Positions 37,657 through 45,554 of a DNA stretch of 64,000 nucleotides are shown here, one piece after another. Source of the stretch: Alphaproteobacteria bacterium (GTDB lineage: Bacteria; Pseudomonadota; Alphaproteobacteria; Rickettsiales; SXRF01); assembly GCA_046344715.1 (NCBI GenBank), contig JBKDKX010000004.1:30892-94891 (forward strand). Direction: 5' to 3'. A program made the position numbers and the translations under genes. Under the pieces are notes generated by a model, which was not told where the DNA came from, did no database searches, and saw nothing but the letters and a program-made list of their open reading frames with translations. Positions within the stretch are counted from its first letter, which is position 1; each line of letters opens with the position of its first letter.

Positions 37657-38250
37657 CTAATTAGAAGCGATAGTTTTCTCACCGCCAATAATCAACATCT
37701 CAAGGCCATTTGCGGTTCTATATTTTCCATCGGGCAACGGGCGTTTCTTACCAAAAGAATCCACATAAAAAACCTTTGTGCCACTATAGGCAAGCCGCTC
37801 ACCACCGCGTAGAAACAGATGCCCATCGCTACGGGGTTGCGTTGGCGCCCCCATTAGTCCTCTGGAATCATCACGCGTCGCAGGAGGCGGATAATAGTTA
37901 TTATTATTCAGATTGTTATTATCTGGGGACGTCCTTCCCCCACGCTCTCTTGGGGGCTGCTCAACTTCATTAAATCCGCTGTTTCTTCCAGAATTGGAGG
38001 GTTTGCCCACATCGTAAGACTTCTCAGCCTCGCGCTTAGAAACACCACCCTCAAGACGTCCATTACCCTTAGATTTTCCGAAAACCTTCTCTTCATTGTA
38101 ATCAATAATAGCCCGCATTAATGGGTCTTTTTCACCCTTATATTTTTTTTCGTTTTCAATGCGCGCCTCCTCCATCGGATCATTACCGAAAGCAATGAGG
38201 AGAACCGACAATATAACTATCGCAATGGCTAAAAGTGGAGGCATCTTCAA
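37657..38250 (-). CDS. Hypothetical exported or membrane-anchored protein with Asn-rich low-complexity tract
   Basis: 197 aa. N-terminal hydrophobic helix MKMPPLLAIAIVILSVLLIAF. ..DNNNLNNNNYYPPP... No family recognised. Confidence 0.4.
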   Translation of the reverse strand: MKMPPLLAIAIVILSVLLIAFGNDPMEEARIENEKKYKGEKDPLMRAIIDYNEEKVFGKSKGNGRLEGGVSKREAEKSYDVGKPSNSGRNSGFNEVEQPPRERGGRTSPDNNNLNNNNYYPPPATRDDSRGLMGAPTQPRSDGHLFLRGGERLAYSGTKVFYVDSFGKKRPLPDGKYRTANGLEMLIIGGEKTIASN

Positions 38251-38354
38251 CCTGTGTGTTTATATTGCCCGATTATAGCCAAAAATTACGGATTTTGCAC
38301 GGAATTTTAGTGCTTTTAACTAACGATTATTACTGAAAATAATTAATAACCCAA

Positions 38355-39260
38355 TTATTTGCCCATACACCACAATAGGATAGCTTTCTGCACATGCAGA
38401 CGATTTTCCGCCTCGTCAAATACGCGAGACTGAGGCCCATCAATCACCCCAGCCGTCACTTCCTGCCCTCTGTGGGCGGGAAGACAGTGGAGGAATATGG
38501 CGTTTTTATTGGCCAGAGCCATTAATGCCTCGTCCACCTGATAGCCTTCCAGCAAGGCCATTTGCGCATCCGCATCCGGATCGCCCATGGAAACCCAGGT
38601 ATCAGTAGTCACCGCGTCGACTCCTACAGCCGCCACTTTTGGGTCTTCAACCACCTCAATGACTGCCCCACGTTTCTTTGCCCAGTCCACCACTTCCGAC
38701 AATGGCCTGAGCTTCGGCGGGCAGGCCAGCTTGATGGAAAAACCAAGCAGTGCCGCCGCCTGAATCCAGCTTTGCGCCACATTATTGCCATCTCCCACCC
38801 ATGCAATAGTTTTGCCTTTTATGTCACCCAGATTTTCCTCAAACGTCAGAATATCCGCAAGTATCTGGCAGGGGTGGCTGAATTCCGTAAGTCCGTTGAT
38901 GACAGGAACGGTAGCATTTTCTGCCAATTCCAATAACTTTGCATGGTCATGGCAACGTAGCATGATGGCATCGACATAGCGCGACAGCACCTGCGCGGTA
39001 TCGCCAATCGTTTCGCCGCGCCCAAGTTGTAATTCATTGCCGTTAAATGCCAGCGGATGACCGCCCAGCTCCATAATTCCCACCTCAAACGAAACACGGG
39101 TGCGGGTGGAATTTTTCTCAAAAATCATGGCGAGCTTCTTACCTGCAAGTAGTGGTGGCATATGCCCTGCCTTGCGGTCTTTTTTAAGCTGAGCGGCGCG
39201 CGTAAGCAACTGCCTTATATCAGCGCCAGAGAGGGTGGATAAATCAGTAAAATGGCGCAT
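38355..39260 (-). CDS. argF: Ornithine carbamoyltransferase
   Basis: 301 aa. ..NSTRTRVSFE.., ..HPCQILAD.. and ..FLHCLPAHRGQEV... Confidence 0.9.
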   Translation of the reverse strand: MRHFTDLSTLSGADIRQLLTRAAQLKKDRKAGHMPPLLAGKKLAMIFEKNSTRTRVSFEVGIMELGGHPLAFNGNELQLGRGETIGDTAQVLSRYVDAIMLRCHDHAKLLELAENATVPVINGLTEFSHPCQILADILTFEENLGDIKGKTIAWVGDGNNVAQSWIQAAALLGFSIKLACPPKLRPLSEVVDWAKKRGAVIEVVEDPKVAAVGVDAVTTDTWVSMGDPDADAQMALLEGYQVDEALMALANKNAIFLHCLPAHRGQEVTAGVIDGPQSRVFDEAENRLHVQKAILLWCMGK

Positions 39261-40426
39261 TACGCATATTCCTTACATGCACGCGTGAGTATCTGTATAG
39301 CTTCTTCAACATTCGCCTCAGTTATAATCAGCGGTGGTAAAATTCTTATTACACTGTCTTCCGCTGGTGCCGTAAAAAGACCCAAAGTTCTTAGATATTC
39401 AGCAAATTCACGCGCTGGTTTTACGGTTTTTATGCCAAGCATCAATCCATGCCCGCGCACTTCGGAAATCATGGTTGGGAATGTAGCCGCAAGCTCACTC
39501 AGGCGCTGCCTAAGTAGCGCACCTATATGTTGCACATGCTGCAAAAATCCATCTGCGAGCATTACATCGAGCACCGCATTGCCCACCGCCATGGCCAGCG
39601 GATTGCTGCCATAAGTTGAGCCGTGTGAACCCGGAGTTACTGCACTTGCCACAGCATCTGTCATCAAACACGCCGCAAGCGGGAAACCATTTCCAATGCC
39701 TTTTGCTACCGAAACAATATCTGGCTTTATGCCTGCCATTTCGTGGGCGAATAAATATCCCGTGCGCCCCATGCCACACTGTACTTCATCAATGAATAAT
39801 AGCAGTCCATACTCATCGCACAGTTTGCGCAATCCTTGCAGGAATTCTTTGGTGGCCACATGCACACCGCCCTCGCCCTGAATCGGCTCAACCAGAATGG
39901 CTGCGGTTTGTGGTGTGATGGCTGTTTTCACCGATGCAAGATTATTGAACTCGGCGCGATCAAATCCATCCAGCAGCGGTGCGTAACCCGCGCGTGCCAC
40001 ATCATTACCACCAGCAGAAATACAGGCGAGTGTACGGCCATGGAAACCACCTGTCATGGTGATGACGCGGTATTTATCGGGATTGTCGGTGGCATCGTGA
40101 TATTTGCGCAGCATCTTGAGGCCACATTCCACCGCTTCGCTGCCCGAGTTACAGAAAAATATTTTATCGGCAAAGGTATGTTTGGTGAAGCGTTCGGCCA
40201 GCCGTTCAAGCCCTTCCATTCGGTACATATTGGAACAATGCCAAAGCGTATCCGCCTGAGACTTTAGTGCGGATGTAATATGCGGATGGCAGTGCCCAAG
40301 CGCATTCACCGCAATGCCGGACGCAAAATCCAGATAGCGTTTACCATCGACGGCAAAAAGATACACTCCCTCGCCTTTTACAATTTCGATGTTTGAACGC
40401 CTATAAACCGGAAGAACCGATGACAT
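39260..40426 (-). CDS. argD: Acetylornithine aminotransferase
   Basis: 388 aa class-III aminotransferase. ..CNSGSEAVE.., ..DEVQCGMGRTG.. and PLP-Lys region ..DIVSVAKGIGNGFP... Confidence 0.9.
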   Translation of the reverse strand: MSSVLPVYRRSNIEIVKGEGVYLFAVDGKRYLDFASGIAVNALGHCHPHITSALKSQADTLWHCSNMYRMEGLERLAERFTKHTFADKIFFCNSGSEAVECGLKMLRKYHDATDNPDKYRVITMTGGFHGRTLACISAGGNDVARAGYAPLLDGFDRAEFNNLASVKTAITPQTAAILVEPIQGEGGVHVATKEFLQGLRKLCDEYGLLLFIDEVQCGMGRTGYLFAHEMAGIKPDIVSVAKGIGNGFPLAACLMTDAVASAVTPGSHGSTYGSNPLAMAVGNAVLDVMLADGFLQHVQHIGALLRQRLSELAATFPTMISEVRGHGLMLGIKTVKPAREFAEYLRTLGLFTAPAEDSVIRILPPLIITEANVEEAIQILTRACKEYA

Positions 40427-40429
40427 ACT

Positions 40430-40453
40430 AGCCCCGCACTTGTTGCGGGGGCT
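40430..40453. repeat. CCCCGCA-N5-TGCGGGG hairpin copy
   Basis: CCCCGCA CTTGT TGCGGGG (40432-40450). It shares the core CGCACTTGTTGCG with the hairpin at 21512-21524. Confidence 0.5.
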
Positions 40454-40500
40454 GGTTCATGCTTATCGTTGAATCAACCATATATTTACGTATTGAATTG

Positions 40501-40532
40501 AAAAAAGAGGGATTTTCTGCTCGTACCCTCTT
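40501..40532 (-). terminator. Rho-independent terminator after the ABC-2 permease gene
   Basis: The minus strand reads AAGAGGG-13 nt loop-CCCTCTT followed by TTTT.. (plus-strand A-run 40501-40506). Confidence 0.5.
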
Positions 40533-40551
40533 ATTGTCAATATAAAACCGG

Positions 40552-40570
40552 ACCCCGCAATGAATGCGGG
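40552..40570. repeat. CCCCGCA-N5-TGCGGGG hairpin copy
   Basis: CCCCGCA ATGAA TGCGGGG, immediately downstream of the ABC-2 permease stop (40574). Confidence 0.5.
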
Positions 40571-40573
40571 GGT

Positions 40574-41344
40574 TTAGGTCTTAAGCCTATAGCCTTTTTT
40601 GAACATCCAGACGGTTGCCACCCAGAGCACCACATTGATGCCGGTAAGTACCAGCATGCCAGTGATGATGGTGCCGTCCGTATAACCGGTCATGGCGTAG
40701 CGGAATCCGTCTATCATATAAAAGAACGGGTTGATGTGGCACACCCAATACCAGAATTCTGGTAACTGCTTGATGGAGTAAAACGTGCCGGATAAGAATG
40801 CCAGCGGCGTTACGATATAGTTGGTGATGGCCGAAAGCTGGTCAAACCCATTTGACCACACACCCGCCAGAACCCCAAGCAATGCCATCATGATGCTGGA
40901 TGCCACTACATAAAACACCGCAAGCCAGAAGCTGTGCAGGGTAAATGGCACAAACACATATACTGATGCCAGCACCACCACACCCACAGACAGGCCACGC
41001 GCTATGCCACCTATTGCCATGGCCAGCGTGATTTCGCTGCCGGTAAGCGGCGGCATAAGAATATCAATAATTACACCCTGAATTTTTGCCAGAATGAGCG
41101 AAGAAGACGTATTGGCAAAGGCATTCTGCACCACCGCCATCATGATAAGCCCAGGTGCAACAAACTGACTGTATGGCACGCCGTCTATCACGCGCTCAGC
41201 ACCACCCATGGCAAGTGTAAGTACCGCCAGAAATAACAATGTTGTCACAACGGGCGCAATCACCGTCTGGTTCCAGACCTTGGCAAAACGCCAGATCTCG
41301 CGTTTGCAGAGTGTGTATGTGCCAATAAGGTTGAAGTGGTTCAT
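40574..41344 (-). CDS. ABC-2 type transporter permease (NodJ/YadH-like)
   Basis: 256 aa with six predicted TM segments. N-terminal ..LCKREIWRFAKVWNQTVIAPVVTTLLFL.. is typical of the ABC-2 family. Confidence 0.8.
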   Translation of the reverse strand: MNHFNLIGTYTLCKREIWRFAKVWNQTVIAPVVTTLLFLAVLTLAMGGAERVIDGVPYSQFVAPGLIMMAVVQNAFANTSSSLILAKIQGVIIDILMPPLTGSEITLAMAIGGIARGLSVGVVVLASVYVFVPFTLHSFWLAVFYVVASSIMMALLGVLAGVWSNGFDQLSAITNYIVTPLAFLSGTFYSIKQLPEFWYWVCHINPFFYMIDGFRYAMTGYTDGTIITGMLVLTGINVVLWVATVWMFKKGYRLKT

Positions 41345-41355
41345 ATTAAGGTCAC

Positions 41356-41426
41356 AGCTATAAGTTTTAAGGTTTCAGCGGGGCAACATATACCTAAACG
41401 CTAAAATCTAAAAGCTAAAACCTATT
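41356..41426. repeat. Inverted heptanucleotide-repeat element, variant with NNCTAAA units
   Basis: Right arm ACCTAAA CGCTAAA ATCTAAA AGCTAAA ACCTATT (41392-41426). The degenerate left arm ..ATAAGTT TTAAGGT TTCAGCG is partly complementary. The last unit carries the TAG stop of the upstream gene (41422-41424). Confidence 0.55.
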
Positions 41427-41667
41427 TCTGCCGCTGCATATATGCCTGTGCATAAGAACATACCGGCACAATGGTAAGGCCACGCGCTTTTGCATCGGCT
41501 ACCACACCTTCCATAATTTTGGCGGCCATTCCCTGCCCGCGCAGTTCATTTGGTACAAATACATGCTCGATAACCAGCTTGTTTCCCTCGAGATGATATG
41601 CCGCAAAGGATACATGACCATCGGTGATGATTTCATAACGGCTTTCATTGGTGTTATTGGAAATCAT
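41422..41667 (-). CDS. Small GNAT-like (YjdJ/Acetyltransf_CG type) protein
   Basis: 81 aa. ..YEIITDGHVSFAAYHLEGNKLVIEHVFVPNELRGQGMAAKIM..VPVCSYA.. matches the single-domain GCN5-related family. Confidence 0.65.
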   Translation of the reverse strand: MISNNTNESRYEIITDGHVSFAAYHLEGNKLVIEHVFVPNELRGQGMAAKIMEGVVADAKARGLTIVPVCSYAQAYMQRQK

Positions 41668-41691
41668 GCTGGTTAATCCCTAATATAATCA

Positions 41692-42702
41692 TTACTGAAT
41701 ATCATGGCCTGAAATCATTTGCCACAGGGTAGCAAACGCCCCGTCCATCTGGCGCGGAAAATGCACAAAACCAACATGTGATTCCGGTGCATCTGGCGAT
41801 AATTTTATTCCCCATAATGGCCGTGTTTGCTGTGGCAAAGTAGAGAAACGCACATCACCTAGCACGGTTTTTTCTGCATCTGCCCATGCCAACCACCCAT
41901 CAGAGAAAAAGACAAAGCGGGCAATATCGTTATGCTGCATGCTCCCCATTGGCAACTGCGGCAGGTCGCGCTTCATATCAAATGCTGGCAGACTTGCGCC
42001 ATAATACCATTTTGTATCAGCAAACGGCATCACCCTTACGGCATCCATATAATACTGCCCTGCATATTCATATTGCGCGCGCCAGACAATCAGGTTGCCA
42101 AACGATGGCTTAACCTCAGAACGCTCCACCACATGCCCCCGGCTTTCGGCAAGCGTCATCATGGCATCAGTTGCGCGTTCACGCTGAAGATACCCAAACG
42201 ACCAATATAATAGCGCAAAAACTGCAGCAAAAATCGTATATCTGCGCGCTTGTAACCGATAGGCTAGCCCGCACAATGCAAGTAATGTCAGCGTGAAAAC
42301 TGGGTCAACAATGGAGATAATACTCCATGATTCACGATAATTGGTGAATGGCCACAACAAGTGAGTACCATAATTAGTCATGGCATCCAGCACACCATGT
42401 GTTGCAAAACCAAGTGTGGCAAACAGATATAACCTCAGGAAGGACAACTGCTTCCTAAGTACCGGCCAGCAGAGCAAAGTAGCAATCAGACCGCCAAACG
42501 GAATGAATGCCAGCGAATGCGTAAAGTGTCTATGGTATTCAACCGAAAGTAATGGATCTGCGGCTGATCTTATCAAGATATCTGCATCAGGCAACATGCC
42601 GCCAACAATGGCAGCAATAACCGCTGGCCGCACATAGTTTTTCTTACGGCAGAACGATACAGAAAACGTGACACCGACAACTGCTTGCGACAAAGGATCC
42701 AT
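41692..42702 (-). CDS. Membrane-bound metal-dependent hydrolase (DUF457/YdjM-like) with C-terminal extension
   Basis: 336 aa. N-terminal MDPLSQAVVG.., ..GGMLPDADILI.. and ..HRHFTHSL.. are characteristic of DUF457. Confidence 0.65.
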   Translation of the reverse strand: MDPLSQAVVGVTFSVSFCRKKNYVRPAVIAAIVGGMLPDADILIRSAADPLLSVEYHRHFTHSLAFIPFGGLIATLLCWPVLRKQLSFLRLYLFATLGFATHGVLDAMTNYGTHLLWPFTNYRESWSIISIVDPVFTLTLLALCGLAYRLQARRYTIFAAVFALLYWSFGYLQRERATDAMMTLAESRGHVVERSEVKPSFGNLIVWRAQYEYAGQYYMDAVRVMPFADTKWYYGASLPAFDMKRDLPQLPMGSMQHNDIARFVFFSDGWLAWADAEKTVLGDVRFSTLPQQTRPLWGIKLSPDAPESHVGFVHFPRQMDGAFATLWQMISGHDIQ

Positions 42703-42768
42703 TATTTACCCAAGAAAAAGCGGTGCAATATTGCTACTGCACCGCTTTGTTAAAAATTACCTGCTATA

Positions 42769-43518
42769 TCAGCGGCGCTCACCCATGAAGCGCAGAAGGT
42801 GCAGGAAGATATTGATGAAGTCCATATACAGGTTCAGTGCACCCATAATAGCCATCTTCGCGGCCATTTCACCGGAGCTACCCAGCTGGTAATACATGGC
42901 TTTGATTTTCTGTGTATCATACGCGGTAAGACCCACGAAAATCAACACGCCAATCGCAGATGTGGCAAAAGAGAGCGCAGAACTCTGCAAGAAAAGATTT
43001 ACCAACGAAGCGATGATAAGGCCAATAAGCCCCATCATAAGGAATGAGCCCCAGCCGCTCAAATCTTTCTTAGTAGTATAACCATACAGGCTCATGGCAC
43101 CGAACGTAGCTGCCGTTACAAAGAATGTGCGAGCGATACTTTCACCGGTGTACATAAGGAATATGCTGGAGAGCGAAAGCCCCATCATCACTGAATATGC
43201 CCAGAACAACCCTTGAGCAAAGCCAGCAGAAATGCGGTTAATCCCAAAGCTCATCCACAGTACAATACCAAGCGGCGCAAACATTACCAGCCAGCCAAGA
43301 CCGGAAGGCCCAACCATGCCCTGCGCGTTCTGCGCATAAAGCAAAGCGTGCATGGCAGGCGAATTAGCGGTAAACAGCGCCACAATGCCGGTTAAGGCAA
43401 GGCCGCTGGCCATGAAGTTATAAATACGCAACATATAGGCACGCAAGCCCATGTCATACGCTACAGCTTGTTGCTGGGCGCGAGCCTGAGTGGTTGCAAA
43501 CGGGTCGTTATAAGCCAT
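42769..43518 (-). CDS. Bax inhibitor-1/YccA family membrane protein
   Basis: 249 aa with seven TM segments. ..YMLRIYNFMASGLALTG.. and C-terminal ..LNLYMDFINIFLHLLRFMG... Confidence 0.85.
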   Translation of the reverse strand: MAYNDPFATTQARAQQQAVAYDMGLRAYMLRIYNFMASGLALTGIVALFTANSPAMHALLYAQNAQGMVGPSGLGWLVMFAPLGIVLWMSFGINRISAGFAQGLFWAYSVMMGLSLSSIFLMYTGESIARTFFVTAATFGAMSLYGYTTKKDLSGWGSFLMMGLIGLIIASLVNLFLQSSALSFATSAIGVLIFVGLTAYDTQKIKAMYYQLGSSGEMAAKMAIMGALNLYMDFINIFLHLLRFMGERR

Positions 43519-43639
43519 TTTTGTCCTCCTGAAGTTAAATGACGTGAGTATTATATAGGTAATTGCGAATGGTTTTCAAGACAAACCGGACAAAATCGGT
43601 CAGGTATACGATTTTTGCTTGAAATACCGATAGTTTTGG

Positions 43640-43800
43640 TCTAGGTAGTCCGTCCCTATCTTCGGGCGATGGCATTGCCTTGCAAGGTAGATTTATGAAC
43701 CCACCCTCCATAGTCGAGGAGGAGCGACGCGACGACTAGGCTCACTGAGAGCCGCAGCCTGCGCGGCGTCATAGGTAAAGATAAAATCACATTTTATTTT
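43640..43800 (+). promoter_or_regulatory. Possible structured 5' leader of the rpmI-rplT-pheST operon
   Basis: 312-bp non-coding region upstream of rpmI with several local hairpins (CCTTGCAAGG; GGCTC ACTGA GAGCC; GCCGC AGCCTGC GCGGC). No infC upstream. Function is inferred only. Confidence 0.25.
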
Positions 43801-43830
43801 TGCCTGAGCGCAAATATATAGGATTCAAAA

Positions 43831-44034
43831 ATGCCCAAATTGAAAACCAAATCTGGTTGCAAGAAGCGTTTCCGCTTCACAGCAACCGGCAAAGTCATTG
43901 CTTCTCAGGCTGGTAAACGTCACGGTATGCGCAAGCGCACCAACCGTTTCATCCGCAACGCACGCGGTACCACCATCATGGACGAATCAGACCAGCATCG
44001 TATTGTACAATACATGCCATACGGCTCGAAATAA
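43831..44034 (+). CDS. rpmI: 50S ribosomal protein L35
   Basis: 67 aa, [22 protein letters not shown].... Confidence 0.95.
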   Translation: MPKLKTKSGCKKRFRFTATGKVIASQAGKRHGMRKRTNRFIRNARGTTIMDESDQHRIVQYMPYGSK

Positions 44035-44045
44035 GGAGATAGACA

Positions 44046-44408
44046 ATGTCACACGCACAAAGTGGCGCCAATCGCGGCCGTCGCAAAAAATTAATCAAAA
44101 TGGCAAAAGGCTATCGTGGCCGCGCCAAGAATTGCATCACTGTTACCCGTGAGAAGGTGGAAAAAGGCCTTCGTTACGCATACCGTGATCGCCGCAACAA
44201 GAAGCGTAATTTCCGCAGCCTTTGGATTCAACGCATCAATGCCGGGGTTCGTGAACACGGCATGGTGTATTCACAGTTCATGAATGGCTTGCTCAAGGCC
44301 GGTATCGAAGTAGATCGCAAAGTGCTGTCTGACCTCGCCACCCGCGAACCAGCTGCCTTCAAAGCACTGGTTGATCAAAGCAAAGCTGCACTCAGTAAAG
44401 CTGCTTAA
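44046..44408 (+). CDS. rplT: 50S ribosomal protein L20
   Basis: 120 aa. ..[42 protein letters not shown]... Confidence 0.95.
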   Translation: MSHAQSGANRGRRKKLIKMAKGYRGRAKNCITVTREKVEKGLRYAYRDRRNKKRNFRSLWIQRINAGVREHGMVYSQFMNGLLKAGIEVDRKVLSDLATREPAAFKALVDQSKAALSKAA

Positions 44409-44471
44409 TTTCTTTTGTTATACTGGCGCAGGCCAGTATCCACGTCTTGCCGGAGTCTATGTGTTTAACAT

Positions 44472-44496
44472 GGATTCCGGCCTTCGCCGGAATGAC
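44472..44496. repeat. Solo hairpin-plus-ATGAC repeat end
   Basis: GG ATTCCGGC CTTC GCCGGAAT GAC, an 8-bp stem ending 2 nt before the pheS ATG. Confidence 0.5.
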
Positions 44497-44498
44497 GT

Positions 44499-45554
44499 AT
44501 GAACACTAACGATTTACGCAATAATTCCCTTTCTGCCATTGATGCCTGCACATCTTCCGCAGCACTTGAAGAACAGCGTGTAGCACTGCTGGGGAAAAAA
44601 GGTACACTAACCGAATCACTGAAAACGCTTGGCTCTGCCACTCCAGAAGAACGCAAAACGCTCGGCGCTGAACTAAATAAAATAAAACAGGAAGTAAGCG
44701 AAGCTATTGACGCTAAAAAAGCATCTCTGGCAAACGCTGAGCTTTCTGCACGGCTTGTGAGTGAAAAAATAGACGTAACACTTCCCGCTCAGCCGATACC
44801 TCAGGGGCGTATCCACCCCGTCACTCAGGTAATGGAAGAAATAACTGCCATTTTTGCCGATCTAGGCTTTTCCGTGGCCGATGGCCCTGACATTGAAGAT
44901 GACGAGCATAATTTCGATGCTCTGAATATCCCTGCCTCGCACCCTGCCCGCCAAATGCATGATACGTTCTATCTACAAGGCGAAAAGATGCTACTGCGTA
45001 CCCACACATCACCCGTGCAGATCCGCACCATGAAAAATGGCAAGCCGCCGTTCCGCTTCATTGCACCGGGCAGCACCTATCGCTGCGATTCCGATATTAC
45101 CCACACGCCAATGTTCCATCAGGTTGAGGGTTTCGTTATCGACCAAAACATTCATATGGGGCACTTAAAAGGCTGCATCATCGAATTTTTGAAAGCCTTC
45201 TTCGAGCTGGATGAGGTGCCGGTGCGCTTCCGCCCGAGCTTCTTCCCATTCACTGAACCATCGGCAGAAGTAGACATCGGCTGCACACGTTCACGCGAGG
45301 AAATTAAAATCGGTGCTGGTGCTGATTGGCTCGAGGTAATGGGTTGTGGCATGGTGCACCCGAATGTGTTGAAGAATTGCGGCATTGACCCGAACGAATG
45401 GCAAGGTTTTGCTTTTGGCATGGGTGTTGAGCGCCTTGCCATGCTGAAATATGGCATTCCCGACCTGCGCACGTTCTTTGATAGCGATGCGCGCTGGCTC
45501 AAACATTATGGCTTTGACCCGCTGCACATTCCGTCACTCGTGGGGGGATTATGA
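44499..45554 (+). CDS. pheS: Phenylalanine--tRNA ligase alpha subunit
   Basis: 351 aa. ..[11 protein letters not shown].., ..[11 protein letters not shown].. and ..[16 protein letters not shown]... Confidence 0.95.
   Translation: MNTNDLRNNSLSAIDACTSSAALEEQRVALLGKKGTLTESLKTLGSATPEERKTLGAELNKIKQEVSEAIDAKKASLANAELSARLVSEKIDVTLPAQPIPQGRIHPVTQVMEEITAIFADLGFSVADGPDIEDDEHNFDALNIPASHPARQMHDTFYLQGEKMLLRTHTSPVQIRTMKNGKPPFRFIAPGSTYRCDSDITHTPMFHQVEGFVIDQNIHMGHLKGCIIEFLKAFFELDEVPVRFRPSFFPFTEPSAEVDIGCTRSREEIKIGAGADWLEVMGCGMVHPNVLKNCGIDPNEWQGFAFGMGVERLAMLKYGIPDLRTFFDSDARWLKHYGFDPLHIPSLVGGL

Noticed and set aside
40460-40500. TGAAT motifs upstream of argD considered as ArgR (ARG box) operators
   Set aside because: The spacing of 24 nt and the flanking sequence do not fit the 18-bp tandem ARG-box architecture. 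There is no support beyond two pentamers.
43700-43790. CGAGGAGGAGCGACGCGAC...GGCUCA upstream of rpmI superficially resembles the 5' part of the SAH riboswitch
   Set aside because: The complementary 3' segments needed for P1 and the pseudoknot (GCGCUC, CUCGG) are absent, and the gene context is unrelated to SAH metabolism. It is kept only as an unspecified structured leader.
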